From Pyrinomonadaceae bacterium (GTDB taxonomy: Bacteria > Acidobacteriota > Blastocatellia > Pyrinomonadales > Pyrinomonadaceae): a stretch of 64,000 bases of DNA. The first letter of the stretch is position 1; each line of letters starts with the position of its first letter. The position numbers were made by a program, and so were the translations under genes. Of the stretch, positions 19,732 through 28,569 are shown in pieces. The notes under the pieces were generated by a model, which did no database searches, had not been told where the DNA came from, and worked only from the letters and a program-made list of their open reading frames with translations. The stretch spans positions 439,836-503,835 of the forward strand of contig JBKBYA010000001.1 of the NCBI GenBank assembly GCA_046313635.1, given 5' to 3'.

Positions 19732-21642
19732 CTATTGCTTCTCGTCCAGATTGAAATACGCCGCGGCCGGATCGTGATCTGAAAAGCGCTCCACGCGCGA
19801 GTCGCTGCCGCGCATCGACTCGGGTTGATCTGCATTCACTCTCACATAGCCAAATCCCGCGACGTGTCTCGCGAGCGTCGCGCTGACGATCACGTGGTCG
19901 AGCACCTGCGCGTTGCCGCCGAAGACGTACGAATAGCGCTGCTTCTGCTCGATCGAGTCGACCAGATCGTAGAGATCGCGTGCGACAAGGTCGTCCGACG
20001 TCACGAGCACCTGATCCTTTGCGGCCGGCTTGCCCTTGATCGTGCCGATGACGTCCATAATGCCGTCGTTGAACTGATAAAAATTAAAGTCGCCGACGAG
20101 GATGATCCGCTCGGCCGGATCGGCCTTTTGCCGTGCGTCGATCCAGCGGGCGAGAAACTCTGCCTGAAGCTTCTTTTTGAGCCTGACGCCCTGCATCTGC
20201 TTGGGGTCGTTGTAGCCCAGAAAGGATTTGAGATGATTGACGACGACCGTGAACTCAAAAGGCCGGCCCGCCTTTGCGTCCTCGACCGAGGCTCGCAGCA
20301 TCAGCGGCGGCCGGTCGTTAAGCGGCACATCGTCCTTGCTCTCGGGATCTTTGAACTTGTCGTCCTTGCCGAATTGCCCGATCTCGACGACCTTGACGCG
20401 CGATGTCTTGACGAGAAACCCGTTGTCGATGCCGCGGCCGTCGTTGCCGTCGATGAGAAAGGCCTCGTACTTCGGATCCGGTTTGCCGGCCGCTACCGCG
20501 TCGGTATTGATCCTGTCGGCGAGTCGCTTGAGCGCGGCGTGATTCTCGGCCTCGACGACGCCGATCACGTCGGGCGTGCGCATCAGCTCGCGAACGGTCG
20601 CCGAGATCTTGCGCAGGCGCCGGTTAAAGGCGTCGGTCGTGACGATCTCTTCCTTGATCGACGGGTCGTCCTGGTCGTCGAAAAGGTTCTCGAGATTCAT
20701 CGTCGCGACGACGAACTGCCGCGGCCCCGGCTCGGGCAGGCTCAGAGGCTTGACGCCGCCCGAGACGACCGGCCTGGCGTCAGGGTCCAACAGGATCGAA
20801 TACGTCCGGTAGCCGTAATGCAGCACGCCCGTGACATTCTTGACCGCGGAGAAGGTCGTGACGTCGAGCGGCTGCCCGCCGAGCTGGCCCGCGGACTCGA
20901 TCCGCAGACGCTCGGGATTGGCGTCAAAGAGCGTCATTTTTGGATGATCTTTTTGCATTCGCTCCTTTTCGCCTGCATCGAGAAAAATGTACTCGTAAAC
21001 GTCGAGGCCCGGCTCGCGAAAGGGACGCGCGAGCGGAGCCGTGACCGCGTAAAAGACGCCGTCGGACTCGGCCGCCGCATTGCGCCCGTCGACGCGGCCG
21101 CCGGTCGGCGCGACGACCGTCAGCTCGGCGGCCGCGACGCGCATTCCCTCGAGGCGCTCGATCTGGTCGATCGTCTGCGACCGAAAGTCGTCGGCGGTCA
21201 GCGCGACCGGCTTCGGCAGCGCGTTGCCCTTTGAGACCACGCGCAGCTCGTCGCGGCCCGACTGCCACGACAGTTCGGTGATCGGCAAGCTCCACGGGTC
21301 GGCCCGTGGGCGAAACTCCTCGACGCGACCCGCGACCGTCACGAGATTGCCGATCGTCGCCTCGCCGGACGGCTCGCTGCGCGTAAAGACAAAGATGCCC
21401 TCTGACGTCTTTGGGTCGTTGTCGGTCTTGTCGTCGGGCGTCTGGATAAAGAATCCGGTCCGCGTGCGCGCCGTGACGATGCCGCTCACACGCACGGTCG
21501 AATTCACGACAGGCGAGACATTCTTGTCGCCCTGCACTTGCGAGATGGTCATCTCGCGCTGGGCGAGGGCGGCAGCGGCCGTCGCCGCGATGATCGCGGC
21601 CGCGGCGACGGATGAGCGAAGGGATCTGAGGCTAGGTCTCAT
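19732..21642 (-). CDS. Secreted endonuclease/exonuclease/phosphatase family protein (ExeM/YhcR-like)
   Basis: Signal peptide; OB-fold GFFIQ...SEGIFVF; NLENLFD, VNHLKS, GDFN, LDH and SDHDP motifs. Confidence 0.88.
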   Translation of the reverse strand: MRPSLRSLRSSVAAAAIIAATAAAALAQREMTISQVQGDKNVSPVVNSTVRVSGIVTARTRTGFFIQTPDDKTDNDPKTSEGIFVFTRSEPSGEATIGNLVTVAGRVEEFRPRADPWSLPITELSWQSGRDELRVVSKGNALPKPVALTADDFRSQTIDQIERLEGMRVAAAELTVVAPTGGRVDGRNAAAESDGVFYAVTAPLARPFREPGLDVYEYIFLDAGEKERMQKDHPKMTLFDANPERLRIESAGQLGGQPLDVTTFSAVKNVTGVLHYGYRTYSILLDPDARPVVSGGVKPLSLPEPGPRQFVVATMNLENLFDDQDDPSIKEEIVTTDAFNRRLRKISATVRELMRTPDVIGVVEAENHAALKRLADRINTDAVAAGKPDPKYEAFLIDGNDGRGIDNGFLVKTSRVKVVEIGQFGKDDKFKDPESKDDVPLNDRPPLMLRASVEDAKAGRPFEFTVVVNHLKSFLGYNDPKQMQGVRLKKKLQAEFLARWIDARQKADPAERIILVGDFNFYQFNDGIMDVIGTIKGKPAAKDQVLVTSDDLVARDLYDLVDSIEQKQRYSYVFGGNAQVLDHVIVSATLARHVAGFGYVRVNADQPESMRGSDSRVERFSDHDPAAAYFNLDEKQ

Positions 21643-23420
21643 TGTCGGTCTCGTCTCCGTTCGATGATCTCCTGAGTGTTCTTAGGCACGTTCGAAAAGA
21701 AGTTATAGCCGGTCAGCCGCTCGACCTGATCGACCGTGACGCGAAAGTTCCGCCACGGAGCGTTGATGTCGAGAGGTGAAAAGTTTGGCACGACGATGCC
21801 GAAGGCACGCGTCGCCTTGTTGATCCGTGCAAGGTCGTTGTCGCCGTTCGGCAGCACGAGTACGACCTTCCACGTGTACTGCGGCACGGCGATGCGGCCT
21901 CCGGCGATCGTGCCGATCTGCCCGACAGGGCCGTCGATGATGTAGAGCTCGTTGCCGGCCTGGGCGAGCGTGCGCGAGTAGCTCTCGAGGTCTTCCCACG
22001 GTCCCTGATTGTTGGCCGGCAGCTGCGGGACAAAGTTGGTCATCAGGAAGGTCGCCGAGTTGTTAGCTACCGAATTTGTCCGGTCGCCCGACGGGCACAT
22101 ATGCCCGCGGTCGTAGCCCGAGCCGGAATAGTCGTTGTCCTGCACCTGATACCATCCCGCCGGCAGGGCCGGGTCGGGCCGGTAATCGTCCTGCCGCGGC
22201 GTCGTGCCGAGCCAGCTCGAGTCGAGCCGCCACGCGACCCAATTCGGCGTCGCCTTGCTGCGGTTGTACGAGAGCGTGTACTGCGGCTTGGGCATCAGGT
22301 AATTGTTCTCGTTCGCAGGGTCGGGCGTCGCGTTGCTCGGGTTGCCGAGGATGAGCGGGTCCTCATTCGGGAGCGGCGCGTTGATCGTGACGCTCTGCGC
22401 CAAGTTGACGCTGCGCGCCTGCGCGTCGGATGCGACGGCCGTAACGACGCGTGTCCCGCCGGTGAATGTGCCCGGGATCGTCGCGCGGAAGGAGTAAACG
22501 TTGTCGCCCGGCGTCACGTCGCCGTTGGTGCCGTCGTCAAAGAACGTCTGGCTTGCCGAGCCGCCGATGTCGGTCAGGTTGCCGACGACCGTGATGCCCG
22601 TGCTCGGCGGCGTCGTCGCAGGGATCACGCTGACCGTCAAAAGGGTGTTGCCGTTCGGTGAGACGACGTTTGGATTGGCGTTGATGCCGGCCTGCAGCTG
22701 GCTGCCGAGATTGCAGGACGAGGTCGGGCTTGACGTATTGCGCGGTGCCGGCGGCCCGGCCGCAAAATCGTTTGCGTTGTTGTCGGTATCGGTGCAGCCG
22801 CCGCCGGCTCGTTTATGACCCGTCGTCGCCGTCAGGTCGGCCGCCCGTGTGCCTTCAAAGCACGATGCGGCCGCGCCGTAGCCGAGCAGATCGACGATGC
22901 TCGCATCCGAAGGGCACGCACTTGCCGGCAGCTGCGTCGTCGAATTGACCAGCGCGATCTTGCCGGATGTCGACGACAGATTTGGGATAAAAGTGTTGCC
23001 GTTGACGGTCACCGCCGGAGCGATCGCGTCGGGCGTCGGGAGCGGCCCGCCGCCGTTTACCGGCGAGTTTGCGGCGTACTGGATGAGGAAGTACTGGCCA
23101 GGCTGCAGCGTGACGTTCGGCAGCGGCGTGACCAGCCAGTTGGTGCCGCCCGAGCTCGCATACTGCGTCGACCAGCCGTTGAGGCTCACCGGCTGGCTGC
23201 CGCGGTTAAAGAGCTCGACAAAATCGTTTGCGTACTGCGAGCCGCTAGCGACGCCGCCGCCGCCGTAGATCTGGCTGATGACTATATTCGGCGAGACGAG
23301 CGGCCGAGCGGCGACCGGACCTGCCGTCTCACGCGCCTCCGACACGGCGGGCGAGCCAAAAACAAAAATAATACCGGCTAGCACGAGAGCGGCCAGCGCT
23401 CCGACAAGTAACTTTTTCAT
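21639..23420 (-). CDS. Secreted DNA/RNA non-specific endonuclease with lamin-tail domain and DDG-type accessory domain
   Basis: IVISQIYGGGG...NDFVELFN (LTD), FFDDGTNGDVTPGDNVYS, GYDRGHMCPS and TNFVPQ; stop overlaps the next start (ATGA). Confidence 0.9.
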   Translation of the reverse strand: MKKLLVGALAALVLAGIIFVFGSPAVSEARETAGPVAARPLVSPNIVISQIYGGGGVASGSQYANDFVELFNRGSQPVSLNGWSTQYASSGGTNWLVTPLPNVTLQPGQYFLIQYAANSPVNGGGPLPTPDAIAPAVTVNGNTFIPNLSSTSGKIALVNSTTQLPASACPSDASIVDLLGYGAAASCFEGTRAADLTATTGHKRAGGGCTDTDNNANDFAAGPPAPRNTSSPTSSCNLGSQLQAGINANPNVVSPNGNTLLTVSVIPATTPPSTGITVVGNLTDIGGSASQTFFDDGTNGDVTPGDNVYSFRATIPGTFTGGTRVVTAVASDAQARSVNLAQSVTINAPLPNEDPLILGNPSNATPDPANENNYLMPKPQYTLSYNRSKATPNWVAWRLDSSWLGTTPRQDDYRPDPALPAGWYQVQDNDYSGSGYDRGHMCPSGDRTNSVANNSATFLMTNFVPQLPANNQGPWEDLESYSRTLAQAGNELYIIDGPVGQIGTIAGGRIAVPQYTWKVVLVLPNGDNDLARINKATRAFGIVVPNFSPLDINAPWRNFRVTVDQVERLTGYNFFSNVPKNTQEIIERRRDRQ

Positions 23421-23532
23421 CAGGATTCCTGCTTTACAAAAAACTCTCGGGGGACGTGAGACCAAGAATGAACTTAGGTTTTAGCACATTCCGACGCTGA
23501 GCCAAATCGGCGGCGAGCGACGATGCGGCCGC

Positions 23533-25119
23533 CTACGATCCTTTGAGGACGTCGTCAAGGCTCTGCTTCTTTTTTAGAACCGCGGCAAAGAGATCACCTT
23601 TTTTCTCGATCCGCTCGAGGATCGTCTCGATGTTGAAGTCGGCGATCGAGATGCGTTTCTTCTCGACCTCTTTCCATTCGAGCGGGGCCGAGACGGTTGC
23701 GCCGGGCCTCGGCCTTACCGAGTACGGAGCGACGACCGATTTGCCGTAGGCGTTCTGCATGTGGTCGACGTAGATCTGCGTGGCCTTGCGTTTGGACCTG
23801 CTGCGCTCGACGGTCGCGGTCTGTGGATTTTCGGCGGCGACGAGCTTTGCGATGCGTGCCGCGAGACCGGCGACCTCGTCGTACGAATATTTAGGCTTGA
23901 TCGGCACGTAGATATGAATGCCGCGCGAGCCCGATGTCTTGGCGTACGACTTGAGACCGAGCTCCGCGATGATCTCTCGCGTGCTGACGGCGAGGTCGCA
24001 GATCGTTTCAAACTCCACACGCTCACCCGGGTCGAGATCGAAGACGAACCAGTCGGGGCGGTCGAGCGAGGCGACGCGCGAATGGAATGGATGCCTCTCG
24101 ATCGCGCCGAGATTTGCGAGATACAGATGGGTCGCAAGATCGTCGACGACGACGTAATCGACGCGGTGAGCGCCGTTGTCCTCGGCCTCGAGCGCGACGG
24201 TACGGACGTATTCGGGAGCCTCGTCGACGTCGTGCTGGTGAAACGACGGCCCGCCGATGCCGGTCGGGTAACGCTTCAGTATCGCGGGCCGGTCCTTTAG
24301 ATACGGCGCAATGTATCGCCAGACGGCGGCGTAGTAGCGGATCAGATCGGCCTTGGTAAATCCCTCGTCGGGCCAGTAGACGCGATCGAGGCTCGTCAGG
24401 CCGACGGCCCACTTGTCGATCTTGACGCGGACGTCGCCGGCGAGATCCTGCTTTTTGAGAAGCGCGGCGAGTGTCGGCAGCTTTTCGCCGCGGCGCGGTT
24501 TGGCGCTCTTTTTGACGACCTCTTTGTTTTGGTCATTGGGCGCGCGGCCGCCGCGGCTTACCGCCGCATCTTCACTCTTCGGCTCGTCGACGATGGATCT
24601 GCGGCCGTCCTTGTCCGGGATCAGCAGCTCGAGCTTCCAGCCGGGAACGGCGTGCTCATCCTTTGCCTTGACGAGCAGCCACTGGTCGCGTCGGCCGAGC
24701 TTAAAGAGGTTAAAGACGCCTTTCAGCTTTTTGCCGTTGAGCTCGAGCTTTAGTTTGCCTTTTTCGAATTGCGTCTCGGCGTCGTCGCCGTCGAGCAGTC
24801 TGTAGGTGCCGGCGTCCCAGATGCGGTGCTGCCCGGCGCCGTAATTTCCCTCGGGAATGTCGCCTACAAACTTTGCATACTCGACCGGATGGTCCTCGGT
24901 CGGCACGGCGAGCCGCCGCACGCTCGGGTCCATCGACGGGCCCTTGCGGACCGACCACGATCTGAGCACGCCGCCGATCTCCAGCCGGAAGTCGAAGTGC
25001 AGACTCGACGCGTGATGCTCCTGGCAGACAAAGCGTCGGCGGTTGGTCTTGGCGAGTCTGCCCTTCGGCTCGGGCGTAGTTTTGAAAACGCGTTTTTTCC
25101 AGTAAGTTTCGAGGCCCAT
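23533..25119 (-). CDS. ligD: LigD-type NHEJ protein: 3'-phosphoesterase + primase-polymerase, no ligase domain
   Basis: N-terminal QEHHASSLHFDFRLE...SWSVRKGPS; C-terminal RPDWFVFDLDP, KTSGSRGIH and VAPYSVR; no KxDG ligase motif. Confidence 0.9.
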   Translation of the reverse strand: MGLETYWKKRVFKTTPEPKGRLAKTNRRRFVCQEHHASSLHFDFRLEIGGVLRSWSVRKGPSMDPSVRRLAVPTEDHPVEYAKFVGDIPEGNYGAGQHRIWDAGTYRLLDGDDAETQFEKGKLKLELNGKKLKGVFNLFKLGRRDQWLLVKAKDEHAVPGWKLELLIPDKDGRRSIVDEPKSEDAAVSRGGRAPNDQNKEVVKKSAKPRRGEKLPTLAALLKKQDLAGDVRVKIDKWAVGLTSLDRVYWPDEGFTKADLIRYYAAVWRYIAPYLKDRPAILKRYPTGIGGPSFHQHDVDEAPEYVRTVALEAEDNGAHRVDYVVVDDLATHLYLANLGAIERHPFHSRVASLDRPDWFVFDLDPGERVEFETICDLAVSTREIIAELGLKSYAKTSGSRGIHIYVPIKPKYSYDEVAGLAARIAKLVAAENPQTATVERSRSKRKATQIYVDHMQNAYGKSVVAPYSVRPRPGATVSAPLEWKEVEKKRISIADFNIETILERIEKKGDLFAAVLKKKQSLDDVLKGS

Positions 25120-25155
25120 CTTGTACTAATACGATCCACTCCGCGCCGTCCAGAG

Positions 25156-25171
25156 AGCAATGACAGTGCCG
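25156..25171 (-). promoter_or_regulatory. Sigma-54 -24/-12 promoter of ligD
   Basis: Minus strand CGGCAC-TGTCA-TTGCT, GG-N10-GC. Confidence 0.7.
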
Positions 25172-25180
25172 GGATCTCAC

Positions 25181-25196
25181 ACGCACGCGATTTGCC
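25181..25196 (+). promoter_or_regulatory. Degenerate sigma-54-like motif before the ATP-dependent ligase
   Basis: ACGCAC-GCGAT-TTGCC; correct spacing but CG replaces GG. Confidence 0.3.
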
Positions 25197-25209
25197 TTGG
25201 CTGGCGGAT

Positions 25210-26853
25210 ATGAAGTTCTCCGATCTCGCCGAAACGTATGACAACATCAGCAAGGCCGCGTCGGACGCGGCTCGGGTGCGGCTGCTGGCCGAGCTTTTCA
25301 AAAAAGCGGCCAAAGACAAAACGACGCTTGCGGCCGTCGCTCATTTCAGCTTGAGCGAGCTCGTCAGCCCCGCGCTCTCCGACCGCCTCTCGATCGGCCC
25401 GGCGACGATCCGCGAGGAGATCGCCGAGATCGCCAAAAAAGATCCGGCCGAGATCGACGACGAGGTGCGCGAGAGCGGCGATATGAGCGAGGTCGCCGCA
25501 CGCTACACGGACGGCAAAAACTCGCTCGAGGCAGACGACCTCTGGCGGCTCGTGCGCGAAGCGATCGAAAAAGACAAACCCCGGTCGTCGGTCGTCGAGC
25601 GCGTATTTACAAGCACGACGCCTGCCGGTGCGAAGTATTTTACGCGCATGGCTCTCAACCAGATGCGCATCGGCGTCGGCATCGGTACCGTCATTCGCGC
25701 TCTCGCCGCGGCGTTTGACGTCCCGGCAAGGTCGGTCGAGCGCCTCTACGCGATGACCAACGACATCGGCCTCGCCGCCGTACAGGCCGCCAAGGGCGAG
25801 GCGGCGCTCGAGCACGCCGGCCTCACGCTCTTTAGCCCGTACCAGTTTATGAATGCGCACAAGATCGACGATCCCGACCGCATCATCCCCGCCGGCGGCG
25901 AGTCAAAAAAGAACTGGATACTCGAGACAAAATACGACGGCGTGAGGCTGCAGATCCACATTCGGAAAAAGCCATTTGAGGTGCGGCTCTACTCGCGGCG
26001 GCTCGGCGACGAGACGAGCGCGATGCCCGACGTCGTCGCGGCGATCAAAAAGGCATGGACCGGCGGCGACGCGATCGTCGAGGGCGAGGCCGTCGCGTTT
26101 GACCCGACGTTGAAGCGGCGTCTGCCGTTCCAGGCCGTGCTGCAGCGCGCGGGCCGCAAGCGCGGCATCGAGGAGATCGTAAACGAGATCCCGCTCGTGC
26201 TGTTTCTCTTTGATGTGATGTACGACCGGGGCGAGAGTCTGATCGAGGTGCCTCAGGCCGAGCGCCGAGCTCGGCTCGCAAAGCTCTTTAAGCCGACGAC
26301 GCGCGTGCGGCCCACCGAGTCTGTCGTGACCAACAGACGAGCCGAGCTTGACCGATTTTTCAAGGCCGCGGTCGACGCCGGTCACGAAGGCATCATGGTC
26401 AAAGACCCTGACGCCGTGTACGTGCCCGGCCGGCGCACCGAGAACTGGATGAAGCTCAAGCCGGCATTCGAGACGCTCGACGTCGTCATCGTCGGCGGCA
26501 TCTGGGGCTCGGGGCGGCGAAAGGGACTGCTCTCGAGCCTCATCGTCGCTGTGCAGGGACCAAATAACGAGCTGCTCACCGTCGGGAAGGTCGGCGCCGG
26601 ATTTTCAGAGGCGGTACTGCGCGACCTCACGGCCCGCCTCGCCAAAAAGATCATCACCACCCGCGGCCACACCGTCGAGATCGAGCCGGAGGCGGTGATC
26701 GAGGTCGACTTTCAGGACATCCAAAAGACCGACCGCTATTCGTCGGGCTACGCTCTCCGCATCCCAAGATTCAAGCGCGAGCGGCCCGACAAGAGCATAA
26801 AAGAAGCCGACACGCTCTCAAGGCTGAAGCGGCTATACGACCAGTCGCATTAA
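25210..26853 (+). CDS. ATP-dependent DNA ligase (LigB/archaeal-like, with DNA-binding domain)
   Basis: ETKYDGVRLQIH, EGE, FD, EGIMVK, WMKLK and OB-fold LRIPRF..RPDK motifs; MRIG in the N-terminal domain. Confidence 0.92.
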   Translation: MKFSDLAETYDNISKAASDAARVRLLAELFKKAAKDKTTLAAVAHFSLSELVSPALSDRLSIGPATIREEIAEIAKKDPAEIDDEVRESGDMSEVAARYTDGKNSLEADDLWRLVREAIEKDKPRSSVVERVFTSTTPAGAKYFTRMALNQMRIGVGIGTVIRALAAAFDVPARSVERLYAMTNDIGLAAVQAAKGEAALEHAGLTLFSPYQFMNAHKIDDPDRIIPAGGESKKNWILETKYDGVRLQIHIRKKPFEVRLYSRRLGDETSAMPDVVAAIKKAWTGGDAIVEGEAVAFDPTLKRRLPFQAVLQRAGRKRGIEEIVNEIPLVLFLFDVMYDRGESLIEVPQAERRARLAKLFKPTTRVRPTESVVTNRRAELDRFFKAAVDAGHEGIMVKDPDAVYVPGRRTENWMKLKPAFETLDVVIVGGIWGSGRRKGLLSSLIVAVQGPNNELLTVGKVGAGFSEAVLRDLTARLAKKIITTRGHTVEIEPEAVIEVDFQDIQKTDRYSSGYALRIPRFKRERPDKSIKEADTLSRLKRLYDQSH

Positions 26854-26880
26854 AGGCGGGATCGGGTGGTAGAAGAAACT

Positions 26881-26909
26881 CCCCTCCTGGCCAGGAGGGG
26901 AATTTTTTT
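26881..26909 (+). terminator. Perfect 20-bp palindrome plus T-tract between convergent genes
   Basis: CCCCTCCTGG|CCAGGAGGGG followed by AATTTTTTT. Confidence 0.7.
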
Positions 26910-26930
26910 GGGTCTTCAAACATTTCACGA

Positions 26931-28295
26931 CTACCGCACCGGCCTTGGGTACACTACGGGGCTTTTGTTGCCCTGCTTGTCGACGGCGCGGACGCCGAAG
27001 AAGTAGTTGTCTTTTGACATCGCTTTCGCGGTCCAGGTCGTGACGTTGCCGACGTATTGCGAGTTGGTCCATTCCGCCGCGGTCGTGTCGCGCCAGACGA
27101 CCTCGTAGCCGGCGAGATCGGCGTCGGTATTCGCGTCCCATTTAAGATCGGTGTCGTTTGTCAGGCGTGCCGTGACGATCCCGACATTCTTCGGCTTGGC
27201 AGGAGCGTTGGCGAGCGAGGCGAGAGCGATGAGATTTACGCGGGCGACATTCGCCGTGTACTCAAAGTCGACAAATTCGGGCGTGTCGCCGTAAAAGACC
27301 CCGTTCTCGGTGCGCACGTTCTGATGCTGGTGCGTGTAGTCCTCGTCGGCCTCCGTAAAGCGCACGGCCGCAAAGCCGCGCTCGACAAACGGGATGTGAT
27401 CGCCGCCGCGGCCGTAGCGGTCGCGGCGATAGATCAACCAGACCTTGAAGTTCTTAAGGTAGCGGTCGGCGTGCTCCTTGATGTAGCGCGCGAGCTGCCG
27501 CGACGGCGAATCGTTCTCGCCGCCGACGCTGCGTCGCGTCGCGGCCTGCTGCTCGGTCTCGTTCGAAGGCACGCCCTCGCTGAAGACGCGCACGCGGCCG
27601 CGAAACTGCGAATTCTTCTGCGTCGTCACGCCCCCGATGATGTCGTTGGTGAACATCGCCTCGATATTCGTTTTTTTCTCGACCGCCTGCTGCGCGTAAT
27701 ACGCCGCGCCGAGCAGTCCTTGCTCTTCGCCGGGCACGGTCATAAAGACGATGGTCGCGTCGTACCTATTTTTCGACATCACGCGGGCGAGCTCGATCAC
27801 GGCCGCCGTTCCCGACGCGTCGTCGTTCGCGCCCGGAGCGTCGCACTTGGCGTCGGTCGGGCTGGAGCACATCGAATCGTAGTGGCCCGAGACGACGTAA
27901 ACTCGCTCGGGGTCGGTCGTGCCCTTGAGCGTGGCGATGACGTTGGTCAGGTTTGTCGGCTCGGGAATGCGGTTGGCCTTTGGCTGCAGAAAGGTCTGCT
28001 TCTCGACCTCGAGACAGCCGCCGCACTCGGCGCTGATCTTTTGAAACTCGCCGTAGATCCAGTCGCGCGCGGCGCCGATGCCGCGGGTCGGGTGGTCCTG
28101 CTCGCTGAGCGTGTTGCGCGTGCCGAAGGAGACGAGCTTGCGGATCGCCGCTTCGATATTCCGCGCCGACACCTCGCGGACCATCTTTTGTATCTCGGGC
28201 GCCGGCGCCGGCCTCGGCGGCGTCGTTTGAGACGCGGCAAGGCCCGCAAATACAAGTACCGTCGCAAGGGTGAGGAGCGTGTTGGTTGTCTTCAT
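26931..28295 (-). CDS. M28 family metallopeptidase with C-terminal FN3-like domain
   Basis: Signal peptide; SGHYDS, GANDDASG, GEEQGL, ND and GGDH motifs. Confidence 0.9.
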   Translation of the reverse strand: MKTTNTLLTLATVLVFAGLAASQTTPPRPAPAPEIQKMVREVSARNIEAAIRKLVSFGTRNTLSEQDHPTRGIGAARDWIYGEFQKISAECGGCLEVEKQTFLQPKANRIPEPTNLTNVIATLKGTTDPERVYVVSGHYDSMCSSPTDAKCDAPGANDDASGTAAVIELARVMSKNRYDATIVFMTVPGEEQGLLGAAYYAQQAVEKKTNIEAMFTNDIIGGVTTQKNSQFRGRVRVFSEGVPSNETEQQAATRRSVGGENDSPSRQLARYIKEHADRYLKNFKVWLIYRRDRYGRGGDHIPFVERGFAAVRFTEADEDYTHQHQNVRTENGVFYGDTPEFVDFEYTANVARVNLIALASLANAPAKPKNVGIVTARLTNDTDLKWDANTDADLAGYEVVWRDTTAAEWTNSQYVGNVTTWTAKAMSKDNYFFGVRAVDKQGNKSPVVYPRPVR

Positions 28296-28569
28296 CGATC
28301 TCTCCGGGAATTGGTTTGCTCGATAAATTTAATGCCTATCGGGCTGGCGGCGCAAACATTGCTTCGCGTGCCGGGTTTGTGATAGAAGTGTGCCGCCAAA
28401 AGAGCAAGCAGACCATTTCAGTTCAGCCGCGTAGGAGGCCGGCCGCACACGCCTGCCGCGGGGCGTGCGGCCGACGCAGGGCTGGAGGGTCGACAGTATT
28501 TTTATTTCTCGGTTGGGTAACTTTTGGGCGCTCCGTACCGCGCGCCGGGCGCTCGAGGAGGGAAACGCT

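Noticed and set aside
24553..24567. GCGGC-GGTAA-GCCGC hairpin in the ligD linker as a REP relic at the ligase-deletion site
   Set aside because: Only a 5-bp GC stem, likely by chance in this composition
24769..25209. N-terminal extension of the ligase in the ORF track
   Set aside because: Overlaps ligD antisense; ligase-like sequence begins at MKFSDLA (25210)
28348..28363. Sigma-54-like motif CGGCGCAAACATTGCT before the TPR gene
   Set aside because: Lacks the GGCA core and overlaps a plausible sigma-70 -35 box; too weak to call
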